Virus record (IMG/VR): IMGVR_UViG_3300050821_018050
Coordinates: 32,001 to 96,000 of that record
Reading direction: 5' to 3' (one strand)
DNA length: 64,000 nucleotides
Origin: a virus
The position numbers were made by a program, and so were the translations under genes. Below, one piece after another: positions 48,278 through 61,797 of the stretch; positions within the stretch are counted from its first letter, which is position 1; the number at the start of each line of letters is the position of its first letter. The notes under the pieces were generated by a model. The model worked only from the letters and a program-made list of their open reading frames with translations. It ran no database searches and was not told the DNA's origin.

Positions 48278-48756
48278 TACGCACAGGTGCCCGATTGCAG
48301 TTAAAGGTGTATGATGGCAATGAAGAACGACTAATAGGTTATTGCACGGCTATTAACTATACAGTAAGTTCCGGCCAGAAATCCATTTATGTGGTCGACA
48401 GTCCATTCCCAGCAGAAATCGCGCAGGGGGCTGGCCCATCGCAGGTACGTGGCTCGATGACCATCTACATGCTTCAGAACACAACGCCTGAGATCTTAGG
48501 CTTAGTTCCATTCCGCACATCAGGCACTGCCGCTTCAGGTGACCTGTCGCCTAGCCCAGGTGACTCAACCAATATGTTCAACATGGCATATTCGAAATCA
48601 ATTTTCTTACGTTTGTATGACCGCAATAGTGGGACTCTATTTACTTCACTCGATTACCTAAAAGTCGGATCATACTCCGTAGCAGTGACTGCCAAAGGGA
48701 TCGTAAAGGCTGATTTAGCTTTTGAGGCTCGTTACGCGACTCCTGGCCAAGGATAA
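48265..48756 (+). CDS. Second tail tube-like protein
   Basis: QSVIRTGARLQL aligns with QSQIFTGARAKL of 14850; start is either TTG 48238 or ATT 48265 after AAGGAG. Confidence 0.65.
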   Translation: MQSVIRTGARLQLKVYDGNEERLIGYCTAINYTVSSGQKSIYVVDSPFPAEIAQGAGPSQVRGSMTIYMLQNTTPEILGLVPFRTSGTAASGDLSPSPGDSTNMFNMAYSKSIFLRLYDRNSGTLFTSLDYLKVGSYSVAVTAKGIVKADLAFEARYATPGQG

Positions 48757-48952
48757 TAGCAAAACAAAGTTCGTTAGTTGAATAACTCATGCCTTGACCA
48801 ATTGAATAAATAAATAGAATTACTGCAGTAATCAAAACTTGACCAACTTCTCCAATACCTTTGGATTCAATAAATTTAAAACTTATGAAATACACTGGTA
48901 ATTGCAATGATAATCCTACAATCCATCTTAAAACTTTTTGGAATTTGCTCAT
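48641..48952 (-). CDS. Small two-TM membrane protein
   Basis: Leaderless ATG 48952; two hydrophobic segments; 3' end overlaps tube paralog on opposite strand. Confidence 0.6.
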   Translation of the reverse strand: MSKFQKVLRWIVGLSLQLPVYFISFKFIESKGIGEVGQVLITAVILFIYSIGQGMSYSTNELCFAIILGQESRNEPQKLNQPLRSLWQSLLRSMIRLLGNRVK

Positions 48953-48958
48953 ACCCTA

Positions 48959-48987
48959 ATCCTATCATCGCCAAGCGTTTTTGTCAA
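48959..48987 (-). promoter_or_regulatory. sigma70 promoter TTGACA-17-TAGGAT (leaderless)
   Basis: -35 at 48982-48987, -10 at 48959-48964. Confidence 0.75.
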
Positions 48988-50152
48988 TAATTCTTTCTTC
49001 GACGGAAAAGCATCAACGTGATGGCCCACTATTCAATAAGTTACGGTACGAAGACTGAGCAGCGTCCTCAACTCGCAAACGACTCCAGTAATGTAATTGA
49101 TAATTGGGATAAATTTCGTCGTCCCATTGCTGTTCCCAATCTATCTCTATGTAATAATTAGTGTAATAAATATTATCCAATGCCGTAATCCTCCACCGTA
49201 AATGTGTAAACGTGCCACGGGCGAATGCCAATGCGCGGATAGCACAAAAGACCTGACCTATCTTGAATCCAGAAGTGTGTTATCATTTGTACCCATTATT
49301 CATTATAACTTGCAGCCAGTTAGTGTTCCAATAAAATTCGCCCACTTGAAATACTTTGAGGTATTCCAAAGATCCGGTGGCCCGCTCTCCACGACGATTG
49401 ATCAAGTCAATTTTAAATGTGTATTTAATCACCATTCTTTACATCGCAATCTACTATAAACTATAACCATATCAACACTACTGTATTCATATACACGCCA
49501 TTGTCGGTTAGCCCATTCATGGCACCACTTACGATATTCACGCAGTTCCTGGTGCGATTGAAATAACAAGAAAAATTCGATCATAAATTATAACTCAAGA
49601 AATAACGGCCATACGTGGACGCGCCCATAGTCCAACTCATTCTATTAGATAACCACACTTTGCGGAAGCTTTCGAACTCGTGCTCACTATCGAATTGCAC
49701 ATAAATTAAGATCATTAATAAATCCTGTTAGCAAATGAAATATACTTAAATGGCACTATGACTATGTGTTTCCCCAAATATTCTTCTGATGCCGCTGAAA
49801 TACTCCAGCCATGATCAGGTAAACTCAATAAAAAATCCGCATCATGGGCTTTATAGTCCATCAAAATATAAATCACAAAACCACCAAAAAGCAATAGCGA
49901 TTTCTAGTAACAAGAAGCATTTTTTCATAAGACTCTAGCGCCGCCAGAACATTTTTAGTGGCAGACCAATAATTTAAGTCACATGGGTGCAGAAAATCTG
50001 AGTCAATGTAATAGCAAGCATATTTGAATTCAGTCATTTGCCGTTTACCACTATGCTATAATGGCTATCGGTCAGGAAAAAGTAATTGATATTGCTGTAG
50101 ATTATATAAAGCAGATCGCTACTGACCATATAACTGTCGACCCTATAATTGT

Positions 50153-50389
50153 TCATTCATCCACCATTACGACGACCGGCTGGTAGCCTACGAAACAAAA
50201 ATGGATTGCTCTTTCAATATCATTTGGCGTGCCGCTAGGGACTTTCGCAATCCAATCCAAATACTCTTTCTTATCGTCAAAAGCCTTTTTACATTCTTCA
50301 AACGTTGAATACATGTTTTCGTCAGCGAGTTTAGCGTGAGACCACCGATCGTCCATGTATACGAATTTCAAGAACGTTTTGGCTTTCAT
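50153..50389 (-). CDS. Hypothetical protein
   Basis: 78 aa, coupled. Confidence 0.65.
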   Translation of the reverse strand: MKAKTFLKFVYMDDRWSHAKLADENMYSTFEECKKAFDDKKEYLDWIAKVPSGTPNDIERAIHFCFVGYQPVVVMVDE

Positions 50390-51286
50390 TTTAAAGCTTC
50401 CGCAACCGCTAAGATGCTCATTATCACTACAAACACAATTACGTGGTTTACCATATTTTTATTCATTTTATTGCTCCAATTCAAATATATACCTGGTTCT
50501 GTGAGAAAATCCACTAAAATCGAAAAATAATTCTATGCGAGAGAAATTCTTCCAGTTCTCGGGTTTCATGTGGACTTTCCAGAAGTCATGGTCCCACGCT
50601 GCATACAAATACATTTCACCGTTAAGAGCTTTCATCGTAAATATCCGCGATATCCATATAATCTTCTTCATTGAAAAAAATATTATATTCTGTCCATGTA
50701 CTTCCATTGTAACTGTTTACGGTAATGGAGCAGCTAATTCGATCTGGCGTGAATTGATGTTCGTTACCCATAAGCTATCTCAATCTGATATCTAATGATT
50801 GGATATTGGAGTAGTCGAGCTGGCACTTCGTAAAGATTATACCTGTGTCGCATCCACGGAGCACTTGTAATAGTGATATATTTAACTTTCATATTGTACC
50901 ACTATTTCAAATTTAAGTCGCCACCCATCTTTTTCCCTCATTTTGTCGAAAAACTCATAGTACCTGCGCGATAGATAAGGACGAGTAAAATAGTCTGACC
51001 AGTAGTTTTCCTTTTGCCTGACATTTTTAAACATTATCGCCCCAACCTAATCGAAACCACCAATTACCCAACCGCTCAAATAAATTAAGTTTGCCAGCAG
51101 TGTAAAATATAAGCACGGCATATCCGCTATAAAATCGGTTGCCGAAAGTAAGTTTCAATTCTATGTGAGCCCACTTGCTGTCGAAACGCTGCAGTGAGCG
51201 TACTTCGTTCCGATCCGCTAGAATGATGATCCGGCAATATTCCTCTCGCTTTGGAGTGTATTGGAAAACTTGTTCTGGTCCGCCCT

Positions 51287-51415
51287 TCATTTGTCCTTCT
51301 TTTGACAGTCATCACACTTTTTGACGCGCTTGCCTTTACGCCAAGCCTTGCCTTGGCTACCTTTAATGTAAGTGACAATTACTTTCTTCCATTCGTATTC
51401 GCATTTGCAATTCAT
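51287..51415 (-). CDS. 42-aa basic zinc-ribbon-like microprotein
   Basis: MNCKCEYEW...KKCDDCQKKDK; ATGA overlaps at both ends. Confidence 0.65.
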   Translation of the reverse strand: MNCKCEYEWKKVIVTYIKGSQGKAWRKGKRVKKCDDCQKKDK

Positions 51416-54243
51416 TTGACTCTCGCCACAGTCATATTGTTTTTATAATCCTCTGTCAGGTTGCTCATACCATCATATTTGCCAAACCACCAAGCTATTT
51501 GTCCAATTTTGTATCGAGTATTCCAGGTTTGCCTGAAAAAGAAATCCCATCCTGATTTATCCATTTTTATGGTAAAATATTTCATTTTGTATCCCATTTA
51601 GTCCATAGGAGTGTGCCAGCACGCCATCGATAGGTATTGTATGCCTCAGAAAATTCATACCTGAATGGCGATGTTCTGCGATCCCAACTAATGGTAAATT
51701 CCCAAGTGATGTTATTCATTTGGCCACCACAAATGTGTACGCATTACTCATTAACCCCTGCACGAATTGAGTATTAACCAAGTCAGCATCATGCATAGAT
51801 TGTTCCAAAGACCAGCGCTGAAGCAATCCTTCGTCAAAGCGAATATAGAGACAGTAAAAGAAATTATTTAGGTTGCTATCTATCATACTTCCACCATAAA
51901 TGCGATTCTAACCTCAACAGATCGGGATAATTGCCTATAATCTACTTCGTCGGCAGTATGCCATGACCAAGGTGAATAGTCTATTATTTTATTGTAAAGA
52001 TCATTAAAATGGATATAATAAAGTTTAATCATGATCGTCCTTATCAAGTATATCACCAAATTGCAACATGTACAAGCCCGTTTTCATATTTCTACGGATC
52101 CCCCATGGAGTGCCATTCATAACTTCAAGAAGCTCCCTCAATTCTCTTAGGTGGGTTGGGCATGACCACTCGCCGCCTTCGGGGATGTCTAAATGAATGA
52201 CTATCATAGTTTCCAGAGCCCCAGGGCCACGCGAGAAGCTAGTGAGTGTGACCACCTCTTTTCTTTCGACCATAAACCCAATTGGAACATGCCTCTACCA
52301 TCTGCTATCAATAAGAATTGGTATCGCACGATCATGCGGACCACCATGTAAGGAATATTTCATTCCCATGCCCTAAATGATAATCCCAATGCATAAAATA
52401 ATCTTTAGTTTCAACATCATACACTTTAAGTCCTGCCCGATAAAGTGTGGGTGTGTCATATGCGAGATAAAGTATAATTCTGATCGGTTCACGTTTCATA
52501 AATTTGTAAATAAACTACGTTGGCCGCATTTACCAGCCGTTGAGAAGTGTAATTCCATTTCTTCTCGAAGTCCCATGCATTCTTACCTTCGAAGAACCAT
52601 TCAACGTAATGAGCTTCTTCATCATCCTTGCATGCGATTTTAAATATGAAATTAATCATTTTGCCCGTGCCCAATCTCTGATCAAAGCGGCTGATCGCAC
52701 GCATTTATTATTTAGCGCTTCCTGGGTGGTAACCATGCCTATTACTCCCGTATCTCCCTGAATACTATAAGTTAATGTAATGATCCAGTAATAACACATT
52801 TATTGCATCCCCAATGCTATCCAGCCTAATGTGAAGGCATACCATTGAAAACCTAAATCTTCTCGCTTCGCCATATTGTGATAACGATACTCTGTTTGCA
52901 GGCCATTGTCCAGCAGACAAACGAAGATATATTTAATCACCATACATACCGCCACCGATGTATTTTTTGCTCATTGGTCGGTCGACACAAATGATGAATT
53001 TAATAGTGAATGGAAGCGGTGGGGGTGAATTCCAAATGATAAAATTATAAGCACCTTGGCCTATTTGGTAGTTCTTTTTATAGTTGTGTAGTGCTGAATC
53101 TCCGGCCACATTCCACCCCTTTCTATTTTATATTTAGAATATCCCAATGCATATATTCTAAACATTTGGTACCAGACTCCCAGACCGACTCCCTGGCGCA
53201 TCTCGAATGTAAATTTCATGTATATTTAACAGCCTCTCGGATCAACCAGCCAACAGCACCCCAGATGCAGAACGGAATGAATCTTTCAAAGAAAAACTTA
53301 GTCCACTTAGATTGTATCACTTTTTCGAAGGTTGTCAATGGTGGGGGATTGAATTCGTAATATTGCTTGTAGGGGGAATGCTCGTATACATATATGACAG
53401 CTAATGGTATTTGTCTGCCCTCCCAAGGAGTGTCTCTAAATTCAGGGCTCACCCACCAACCGTATTTCACAAGACTTGCTCTCCCATTTTTATCATAAAT
53501 CTGTCCTTACTTAACCTGAAATTAGACCCGCTCCCTGTCCAGAAATGACCTTTAGCATCCAAAACGCCCTTAAGCGCAAATAACCTCGCTGAATCGAATG
53601 CATAATAAGCCCAAATCTCTTCTTTTTCGTTTTCAAAGTCTAATTCAAAGTTCCAAATTATTATACTACGGGGCGCATTCATTTAGTCCTCTTGATATCC
53701 AAGCCAAGCGCCCGTAAAGATGAAGTCGAATGGCTCCATGCATTATCTAGGATGAGATAATCCAGGCCAAAGGGGCCATAATTTTTGTGCATTAAAGTGA
53801 ATTTGTATCGAAAAATTGTCATTTAACAAATATCTCCCATTTGGGATAGGTCAGAGATCCGATACCTATAGGCTCAATACGGTGTATAGAAATTAATCCG
53901 AACCTCATACTAGGCCACACGACGTGATTGTAATTATTGGGCCAATGGCTTTTAATCACAGTAATTCCTTATTAATTTAGATAGCCAAATAGGAACCAAA
54001 AAACAAACAGTGCTTCCACCTGTGCCAGGCTTAGCGACAAAATATTGAAAATGAGTAGGACTTGAGCACCAGGTTTTCATTTTCTGGGCATTTCCTTTTT
54101 AATAGTTACAATTGCTTCGCCTTCTTCATCTTCCATAATACTGCCATCGTAACTGATCCCATTGGTAGGTAGCCCAAGGCTTGGCCTATTACCGCTCTCA
54201 AAATCTTCCGGCGTTATTTTGCTTATTAAAATTATGAAAGTCT

Positions 54244-54450
54244 TCATTTTCTAAACATTTCCTTAAACCAACGCCAGTGAGCCGCTTTGAATAATTCGGG
54301 ATGAAACATGTCGGAGCCCGAAGGGGGGAAACTTAGGGGGTTACTTTTAATCAATGAATCTACATGAGATTTATATTTGTCCCACCAATCATTAGCCTTT
54401 TGCTTGATTTCTTGCTGCTCGGAGAATTCTAAGTCTGACCATTGTTTCAT
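54244..54450 (-). CDS. Hypothetical protein, first gene of a leaderless transcript
   Basis: 68 aa; ATG 6 nt after the -10. Confidence 0.7.
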   Translation of the reverse strand: MKQWSDLEFSEQQEIKQKANDWWDKYKSHVDSLIKSNPLSFPPSGSDMFHPELFKAAHWRWFKEMFRK

Positions 54451-54456
54451 AAGTTA

Positions 54457-54485
54457 ATCATATCATACACTACGATCGTTGTCAA
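54457..54485 (-). promoter_or_regulatory. sigma70 promoter TTGACA-17-TATGAT (leaderless)
   Basis: -35 at 54480-54485, -10 at 54457-54462, TG extension. Confidence 0.8.
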
Positions 54486-54488
54486 GAT

Positions 54489-54650
54489 TTAAGTGTGCTT
54501 TTCAATTCTTATCTGGTAATTGCCAATATAAATGAACATCTTAGGGCGAGCCCATACGTATCCATCAAGCGCTTCTAAAGTGGAGGGCGTAAAGTTCCAA
54601 TCCCTTTCTCTCTCAGTGAATCCCCACAAGAATTTATATTTGCACTTCAT
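54489..54650 (-). CDS. 53-aa array microprotein (MKCKYKFLWG...WNFTP...WARPKMFIYIG...)
   Basis: Hand-translated; shares motifs with 62338..62529. Confidence 0.65.
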   Translation of the reverse strand: MKCKYKFLWGFTERERDWNFTPSTLEALDGYVWARPKMFIYIGNYQIRIEKHT

Positions 54651-55504
54651 TTATACCTAACGATCGACAGCAGCCCAAATGGCAGCCTAGTGACATTTTT
54701 ACCATCGTCATCCAAGTACCAGGCAGCTTTCCTCGGCCCTAATGTACCACCATCCCACCGTTCGAGTCTCCTGATCATTGGGATGTCTTTTTTGCTATTA
54801 AATAAGATTAATATAGTAATTCTCATCGTTTAATGCCCATCCAATGTCTGAGTATGACTGACATGACCCAAGAGTATTTCCCCGATAAACGCCTACTTAA
54901 ATGGATTGTGGCGTTGCGTGGTACGCTATATCTATTAACGAATGCGAGCTTGAAAGTGTATTCATTATCTGACATATTTCCCCAGCAATGTCGAGACATA
55001 TGGCCCACTGACCCGCCATTCGTACTCTTTAAATGTATGGGAATACGAATAAGTGGCTGATGAATAGTTGCCATCGGAATCAGTGGCAACGAAATAAATA
55101 GTGTAATCCGGGTATTGTTTCATTTGATGCGGAACCTTCGCATTGTGCCTTTTGTGCTCATGGCGATTAAATCCCAAGCGTGAAAGGCATTAACCCACCT
55201 ACCTTTAGGAAATAAAAAGTCTTCTTCAGGAGTAAGATATACCTCGAATGCGAATGATTTAGTCATTTTTTATTCTTGGGAAGATTAGAAGTTTTTTGAA
55301 TAAATTTTGAATTATCGGCAGCTTTTTGTTTTTTAGCTATTAATTCATCAATACAATCTAGGCATGTTCCAGGCCCTTTGTACGTTACTTTGTCGCACTT
55401 ATCACAGCGAGATCTTTTTTCAAAAAACATCATATTTTATCCTCGGCAAAACCAACATTTACATGCATGATCGTGATCATAATCTTCGGAGACTTGTTTA
55501 CCCA

Positions 55505-55948
55505 TTAAAATCCCGCTTTCTTGAGATCACCGATAAGTTTTTTGATGGCGTTCTTAAAACGAACTCCCTTACCTTTGTATTCAGGCATTTCGCGGTTAAA
55601 CCTGTCGCTGCCACTCAATCTGTACAAGTCATCATGGATGCCGAGATACTCAAAAGCGGTATCGCATTCACCCATGCGAAATAAATCAATGGCTCTTAAG
55701 GCATAATGATTGTGATCACCAAAAACTTCTGGGTGTACAGTTTTTGTCTTGGGAGTTTTCAGGGTGCGAGCCATAACGGCTCCTGCCAGACAGACCGAGC
55801 AAGTGTCAGAGCTACTGTAAGATGCCTGATGGTAGTCCCACATATCAATCCTATAATCTTTCTTGAGTTTCTCAACCTTTTGAAGGTCTTTAAGAGCGAT
55901 TGTTAATAATTTAGACGGTTTATACGGAAGTTTTACTTTTTTAGCCAT
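55505..55948 (-). CDS. Hypothetical protein (147 aa)
   Basis: Longest ORF inside the array; CSVCLAGAVM motif. Confidence 0.75.
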   Translation of the reverse strand: MAKKVKLPYKPSKLLTIALKDLQKVEKLKKDYRIDMWDYHQASYSSSDTCSVCLAGAVMARTLKTPKTKTVHPEVFGDHNHYALRAIDLFRMGECDTAFEYLGIHDDLYRLSGSDRFNREMPEYKGKGVRFKNAIKKLIGDLKKAGF

Positions 55949-58900
55949 ACCAATATTCTACTTCAATCTACGTATTTTGTCAAGGATTTTCTGTACCCAA
56001 TTTTGTGTTGCAGCCTGCCAGTCGGCTTCCCAATCGGTGACCGCGTATTCGACTTCATATTTAGGTGGATTGTTTGGGTGAGTTATATTACCAATAGAAT
56101 TGGCGTACCAGCCACCCCCGGCTCCAGTCCCGACCCATTTAAACCATTTTCCGCGCTCCCAATATCGAGCCTGTCGTTCATCCCATACATCAACCTCAAG
56201 ATAAACTATAGCGTAGTACTTCATTTGTTGTTGCTTTCTAAAAACGCTTGGTAAATAGTGTACTTGACCATTACTTTTATAAGGTGACTGGGTGATGTTG
56301 TTAAATATGGCACACTAAGCCAATCTTTTACGAACCACCGGCTAAGTAAAGGAATCATGAATCTTTCCTCATTGCGAGTACACTCTATAGAGATTCTAAT
56401 TATTTCGACGTTCATAGTTCTATGTACCAATCTGGTCCTTCGAATTCATCGCTATAGTAACGTATAGCATATACACGATCTTTATTGTCGGCGTAATAAC
56501 ATGCTCGTAGTTTAAATGGATAGATCATTGTTTCACCATGAAAATAAAACTTACATCCCAAGATTGAAGATTTTTAAAATGCATTTCCGCAACAGGAAAC
56601 TGTCCTTTATCGGTCGGCACCTCTGATAATGTTGTGTACATCTTTATCCTATTCCTCATATGGCTATTATGAATGAAATACAGCACTATCATACATTTTT
56701 CCCCATCAGGAAATATACTTCGGTTGAGAAATCATTCGATTGCACAGCGATTACTTCTACAATGGTAGCACTACTAAATGTCGTATTGAAAGTAAATTCG
56801 TCCATGGGATGGAAAAATTTACCGGAGCGGTATTGGCAGACCCATTCATAATTCATGAAATGATGCTCCTGGTGAACGCGGAACATTTACCCATTTAAAA
56901 ATTATACGACGGTTTAAGTTCGGTAACATGCCAGCGAACTGCCAATAGGAATGATAAATTCCTAGCTTAAATGGCCAATTGCAATTGTAGTAAGGCGATC
57001 CTTCGGCTTCGATACAGATTCTAACGTATTTCACGACAGGTGCTCCCAATAGGTTTGATAATGGAGGGTAATTATTCCAGCTAAATGGTCAGCTTGTACC
57101 CCACAAAATAGATCTGAAGATTGTTTATTAAAAAACTCAGAGCCTTCTTCGTCAGAAACACTAATATCCAAATAATATTTAATCATCATCGAGCCTGCTC
57201 CCAACTAAAAAAGCAATGAAGGGTGCTCACGCCAGATCCTACCCTACTCGAAACAGCTAAACTCATCCAACGGCTCCTCTTAAGAAAAAACATGTTAATT
57301 GTTTTTCTGTCATATTCAGCTTCAATCATATATCGTTTTTCAATCACAGTTTTACTCGATCCCAATGAAAAAAGTATTCTATCAGTCTGATATCCTGCCA
57401 AGAATTGCCCTTACCTTTACATTTCATCCATTGGCTTTCCTTATGGAAAAATTGTATGACTTCTGGCCGATTTACTCCCACATGAATTTCGTAACGCCTC
57501 ACACAAGTCATCGGATGCCCCAAATATATTCGAATCCCATACTGCACGTGTGATGGTAATTTAGTCCGCTTTGTGGATATGGTGTATGAAAACGAATATC
57601 ACCAGCAATACGAGAAGAATTCCATTCCCGTCGCTTGACGGTGATGATAAACATCGCATCTTTCATAATAAGCCCAATCTTTTCTTCGCAGCTTGCCCAA
57701 TGTGCCAATCGTAGTTCCTTCTCCCGATCCGTACACGGCAATCCAGCCAGGTTGTTCCCCAAGCGTCTTGGTAGGCTACTTCGAATTGCCATACTAATTT
57801 TTTACCCATAAATTACCCTACCCCTAAAAAGTTCCAAAGTCTACTCGGAGCCATAAATTTGTGTTTGGATGCACGAGTGTGCCATTGGAGCCTCATCCAT
57901 GGTTCATTCCAAATCCCGTACATATCTTCCGTGATGGGATTAAATTCAAACGTCCAACAAAGATCTTTATCTTTTTCAATATTAATTGCGATCATCAATA
58001 TGATGCCCCCAAATAATCAGCCATCATATGGCTCATGGTCCAACCCCAGTCTTGTTCAATTGTGCCATATTGGTTGCCCATATGGATCCAACCTCTGTAT
58101 TTATGTTCTGGCAACAGAATATGAAATTCAAATAGCGTGAGCTTCATTATTTATTCCCTATAATACGCAGAAAATTAGTGGAAGTATACATTCGATATGC
58201 ATAACCGATCGGGATATAATTGCTGAAGTAAGAAAGGTGGCCAACAAAGTCTCGGTGAATGTATTCTCCACCGACTACGAAATCAAATTGAATGGAATTA
58301 ACCATAAGACCCCATTATATGGGAGGCGTAGCCTGTGTGTGCAACTCGGTACTGGCGCTTAAAGAGTGGGTGTGGGTACACGATAAATGTAATTTCACCA
58401 TGAGCAAGGTAGTTATGCTTCAAAACTCCTGATATAGTGATGGTGATTGAGTCGAAAAAGTTCATTTTGTAGCCTGCCATAATCTAGTAAATGATCTGCT
58501 AGTGAAACGTTGATATTTTTTACCAAACACAGCAGGATGCCATGCAAAAGTAAGTGTTGTTCTCACCCAATGGCGCTCACTGATATTGCCTTCGAATGTA
58601 AAAGTATATGTTTGACGTTTCATCTCTTGCGTTTCCCTGACCACGCTTTTCGGATTAGACGACTCATATTGTCTGGGTGTATCGGATAAAACATGATGTG
58701 AGGATCTTTTTGGTGAGCCTTAAACGCATCGCCCACATGCCAAAACAATGACAAGGCCATGCGATTAATGGCAGGCCAGTCTTCCGTTTTAACGCACACT
58801 TCTATGGCGATAGACTCAATTTGCATGATACTCCAGACAGAACGTACTTTTTTGCCAATCTATATAAACTCCCCATGGATCATTACGCCACCCCAAATCT

Positions 58901-58958
58901 GGTAACCACTCCAGATCATTCGTACCACGAATGTAATTTAGGGTGATTTTGATGATCA

Positions 58959-59201
58959 TTATTTAATTTTAAAAGTAGATTTATGGAGTTTTGCTAGTGA
59001 CTTTTCAAGGCTCGCAATTTTATTGGCTTTCATTTTGTTGTAGATCGCTTCAGCCTCTTCTAAACTTTGAGTCCATTGGCCTTTATGGTAATAGCTATAT
59101 GGTCCAACTTTGATCATGTTATCGAAACCTGGCCCGCAATGCTCAGCATTAGTCGAGTAAATACCTTTTGTAAGAGCAAATTTCAGAATATAAACTTTCA
59201 T
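58959..59201 (-). CDS. Hypothetical protein, first gene of a leaderless transcript
   Basis: 80 aa; ATG 6 nt after the -10. Confidence 0.75.
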   Translation of the reverse strand: MKVYILKFALTKGIYSTNAEHCGPGFDNMIKVGPYSYYHKGQWTQSLEEAEAIYNKMKANKIASLEKSLAKLHKSTFKIK

Positions 59202-59207
59202 ATATAA

Positions 59208-59236
59208 ACTTTACCATACTAATTCGATTAAGTCAA
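59208..59236 (-). promoter_or_regulatory. sigma70 promoter TTGACT-17-TAAAGT (leaderless)
   Basis: -35 at 59231-59236, -10 at 59208-59213, TG extension. Confidence 0.75.
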
Positions 59237-60503
59237 TATTTAATATCTGTAAGTTAAAACAAAGTGATATGGACTAATTACAATGGGGATCGACCATTTG
59301 CTGCGGGCCTGATGAGCCACGCTCCAGAAGTCGCCGTAGTTTTTTAATTTTTCTACGGCTATCTCAATCTTAATCATGAGTAGAATATTCCCAATAACTG
59401 TCCATAAAATTCCAATAAAGAGTCCATCGACCATAAGATTGTGAGATAGCCGTCATTGATACGTTTTGGGTCCAATACGGGAATGCTCGGACTTGTATGG
59501 TGAATTTCATACGGTATAATAAGTCCAAATTCTAGCCACTGTGTCCCATCGGCTAATGAAGTTGGGGCTCACTTTGTGACCATCAGGCATAATCTCTGCC
59601 ATAGTTATCTTGCTAGAATGATGGTGAGTAACAAATATTTTAAAAATGGAATTTCGCAATTACGGCCTCATCCCCAGCTACAAAATGATAGCCATTATAA
59701 TCCATCCATTTGCATAACACGGGTTTATCATCGATTACTATGTCACTAAACCATTCCCAATCTTTTCGGTCAACGATTACATAAATGATGCCGTGACTCA
59801 ATACTTCGCCCATTTTTTATAGTCCTTTACATCGATCTGATAAATGTTCCCACGCTTGGTCGTATACCAGCCTTTGTAAACATGGCGGTACCGTCTTTTG
59901 GTTTCAGGTTTAGTGCGCTCATGGCGACCAAACATGTTAAATTCTTTTGGGGTTGCATAAACTTTGATTACGAATGTCATGTGAGGTAAAATTCCCAGTT
60001 TTCACTTTCGTGATTGTATTTGATTTCCCAATATTTGGCTAGAAAATTGGGTGAAAATACCAAAAGTTTCCCCTGCAAAGATGGTTCCCACGATATTGAC
60101 TTCATAGTAATAAGTATTTCTATTTTCATCCTCTAAACACAATCCCTAAATGCCGCGCTGCATCGCCGCTAAAATACCATCCAGAATAGGTCCCGTGGTA
60201 TTTTGGGTAAAGTCGACCAAAACCCCAACCAACAGTACCCCATTCAACCTTAAAATCCCAAACCGTCAAATAATCTTTCACTTAAACCTCATCTCGATGA
60301 TAATTTTAGTGTATCCGTGATTGCCCCACAGTTGATAACCTACAATTGGTATTTTCAAGGCTTTGCAGCGTTGAAGCGTGACGCTATCTGCCCTTCGATA
60401 GTAATCATCGCGGTGGCCCCTGAATTCCCATTCGTATGGCTTAGATTTGAGGATGACCATTTTGATCCTCATATATGGCCAAAATATATATTCCACTTCG
60501 ATA

Positions 60504-60533
60504 CTTTACGATTCTGGTCTTTACGATTCTGGT
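60504..60533. repeat. Perfect 15-bp tandem duplication CTTTACGATTCTGGT x2
   Basis: Read directly; encodes TRIVK twice on the minus strand. Confidence 0.9.
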
Positions 60534-61797
60534 ATAGTAAAGGAACGGAAAACATGCGGAGATCTCATTATAAAATTCAAATGACCAGGTTTTCATAATT
60601 TATCTCGGGTATAAGCGTCTATCGTATAAACAATGGAGGAATCATGCATAAATTCATTCTTAGTAATGGTTATACTATAAAAGTAATCCCTTACCCATTC
60701 CCTGCACCAATAATTACCGTGATCAACTCCTCTCGCCATCGGAATACCTTACTGCATCACTGGTGATGCTCATAATATACATACCAAAATAATAAATAGC
60801 AACCCGGTTATGTGGACGAACAATGCCAGGGAATTCCGGCCCTAAACAATCATTAAATTCAATTAGGTAATTATATCTGGCATACCTCCTACATTTCATT
60901 CGCTCACCTCAAACCACCAATGCGCCCCAACATTAAAATCGGGCAATGACGGATAAGTATGAAAAACAATACTGATCACGCCTTCGTCAAATGGTTCGCA
61001 AACAAAACCCAATTTATCATAGAAAGTGTATTCTCCGACAGTTCCATTAAATCTCATATACTGGATCCCTTTTTAACTCTATCACAAAAAAGTATTCTGG
61101 TAAACGACCAAACTTAACGTGCAGAAACATCTCAAGATATTTATCATTGCTGAATGTACAGGCTTCAATATCGTCACCATCGAAAAATGCTATAGTCGTA
61201 GTGTACTTATTCACTTTGGCATTCTCCCTAAGAATTGCCATATTTCGATAGATGCAAAGCCCCAAGCCCATCCCTCGCGACATTGATCTACTTCTATACT
61301 TCCAGATCCAAATGGTTCAAAATATATCCTGATTTTGTATTTCATTGGCCAATCTCTATTTCGTAGCAAGGATCCTTCCAATTATCTTTACTGGTTTTAA
61401 TGTAAATCTTACTTGTTAAACTGAGCATGTCTAGGTTCCACAGAGTATAATAGCCTGCTAGCCAAGGATAGGTGTACAGCCATTTGGTCATATTACCTCG
61501 AAATCAAAATGCATCCAATTGTCGTTTTGCCATACCCTATATTCGACGATTCTTTTGTTCATTATGGTTTTATAAAGGAATGCGCGGTCGCTTTTAACGT
61601 GATCGAATGCCATTTCATTTTCAAACCTGACTAGCCACTGATAGATCATTGCTTCACCTTAATTTGGCAATACCCACCATAATAAGTATACTTAAACGTT
61701 CCATCGTATTCGTGAAAAGTGTGCATAAATGCCGGTCTATCGCAGCGATAAAAATTAACACTACCAGCTGGTTTAAATGACCACCCATGGAATCTCA

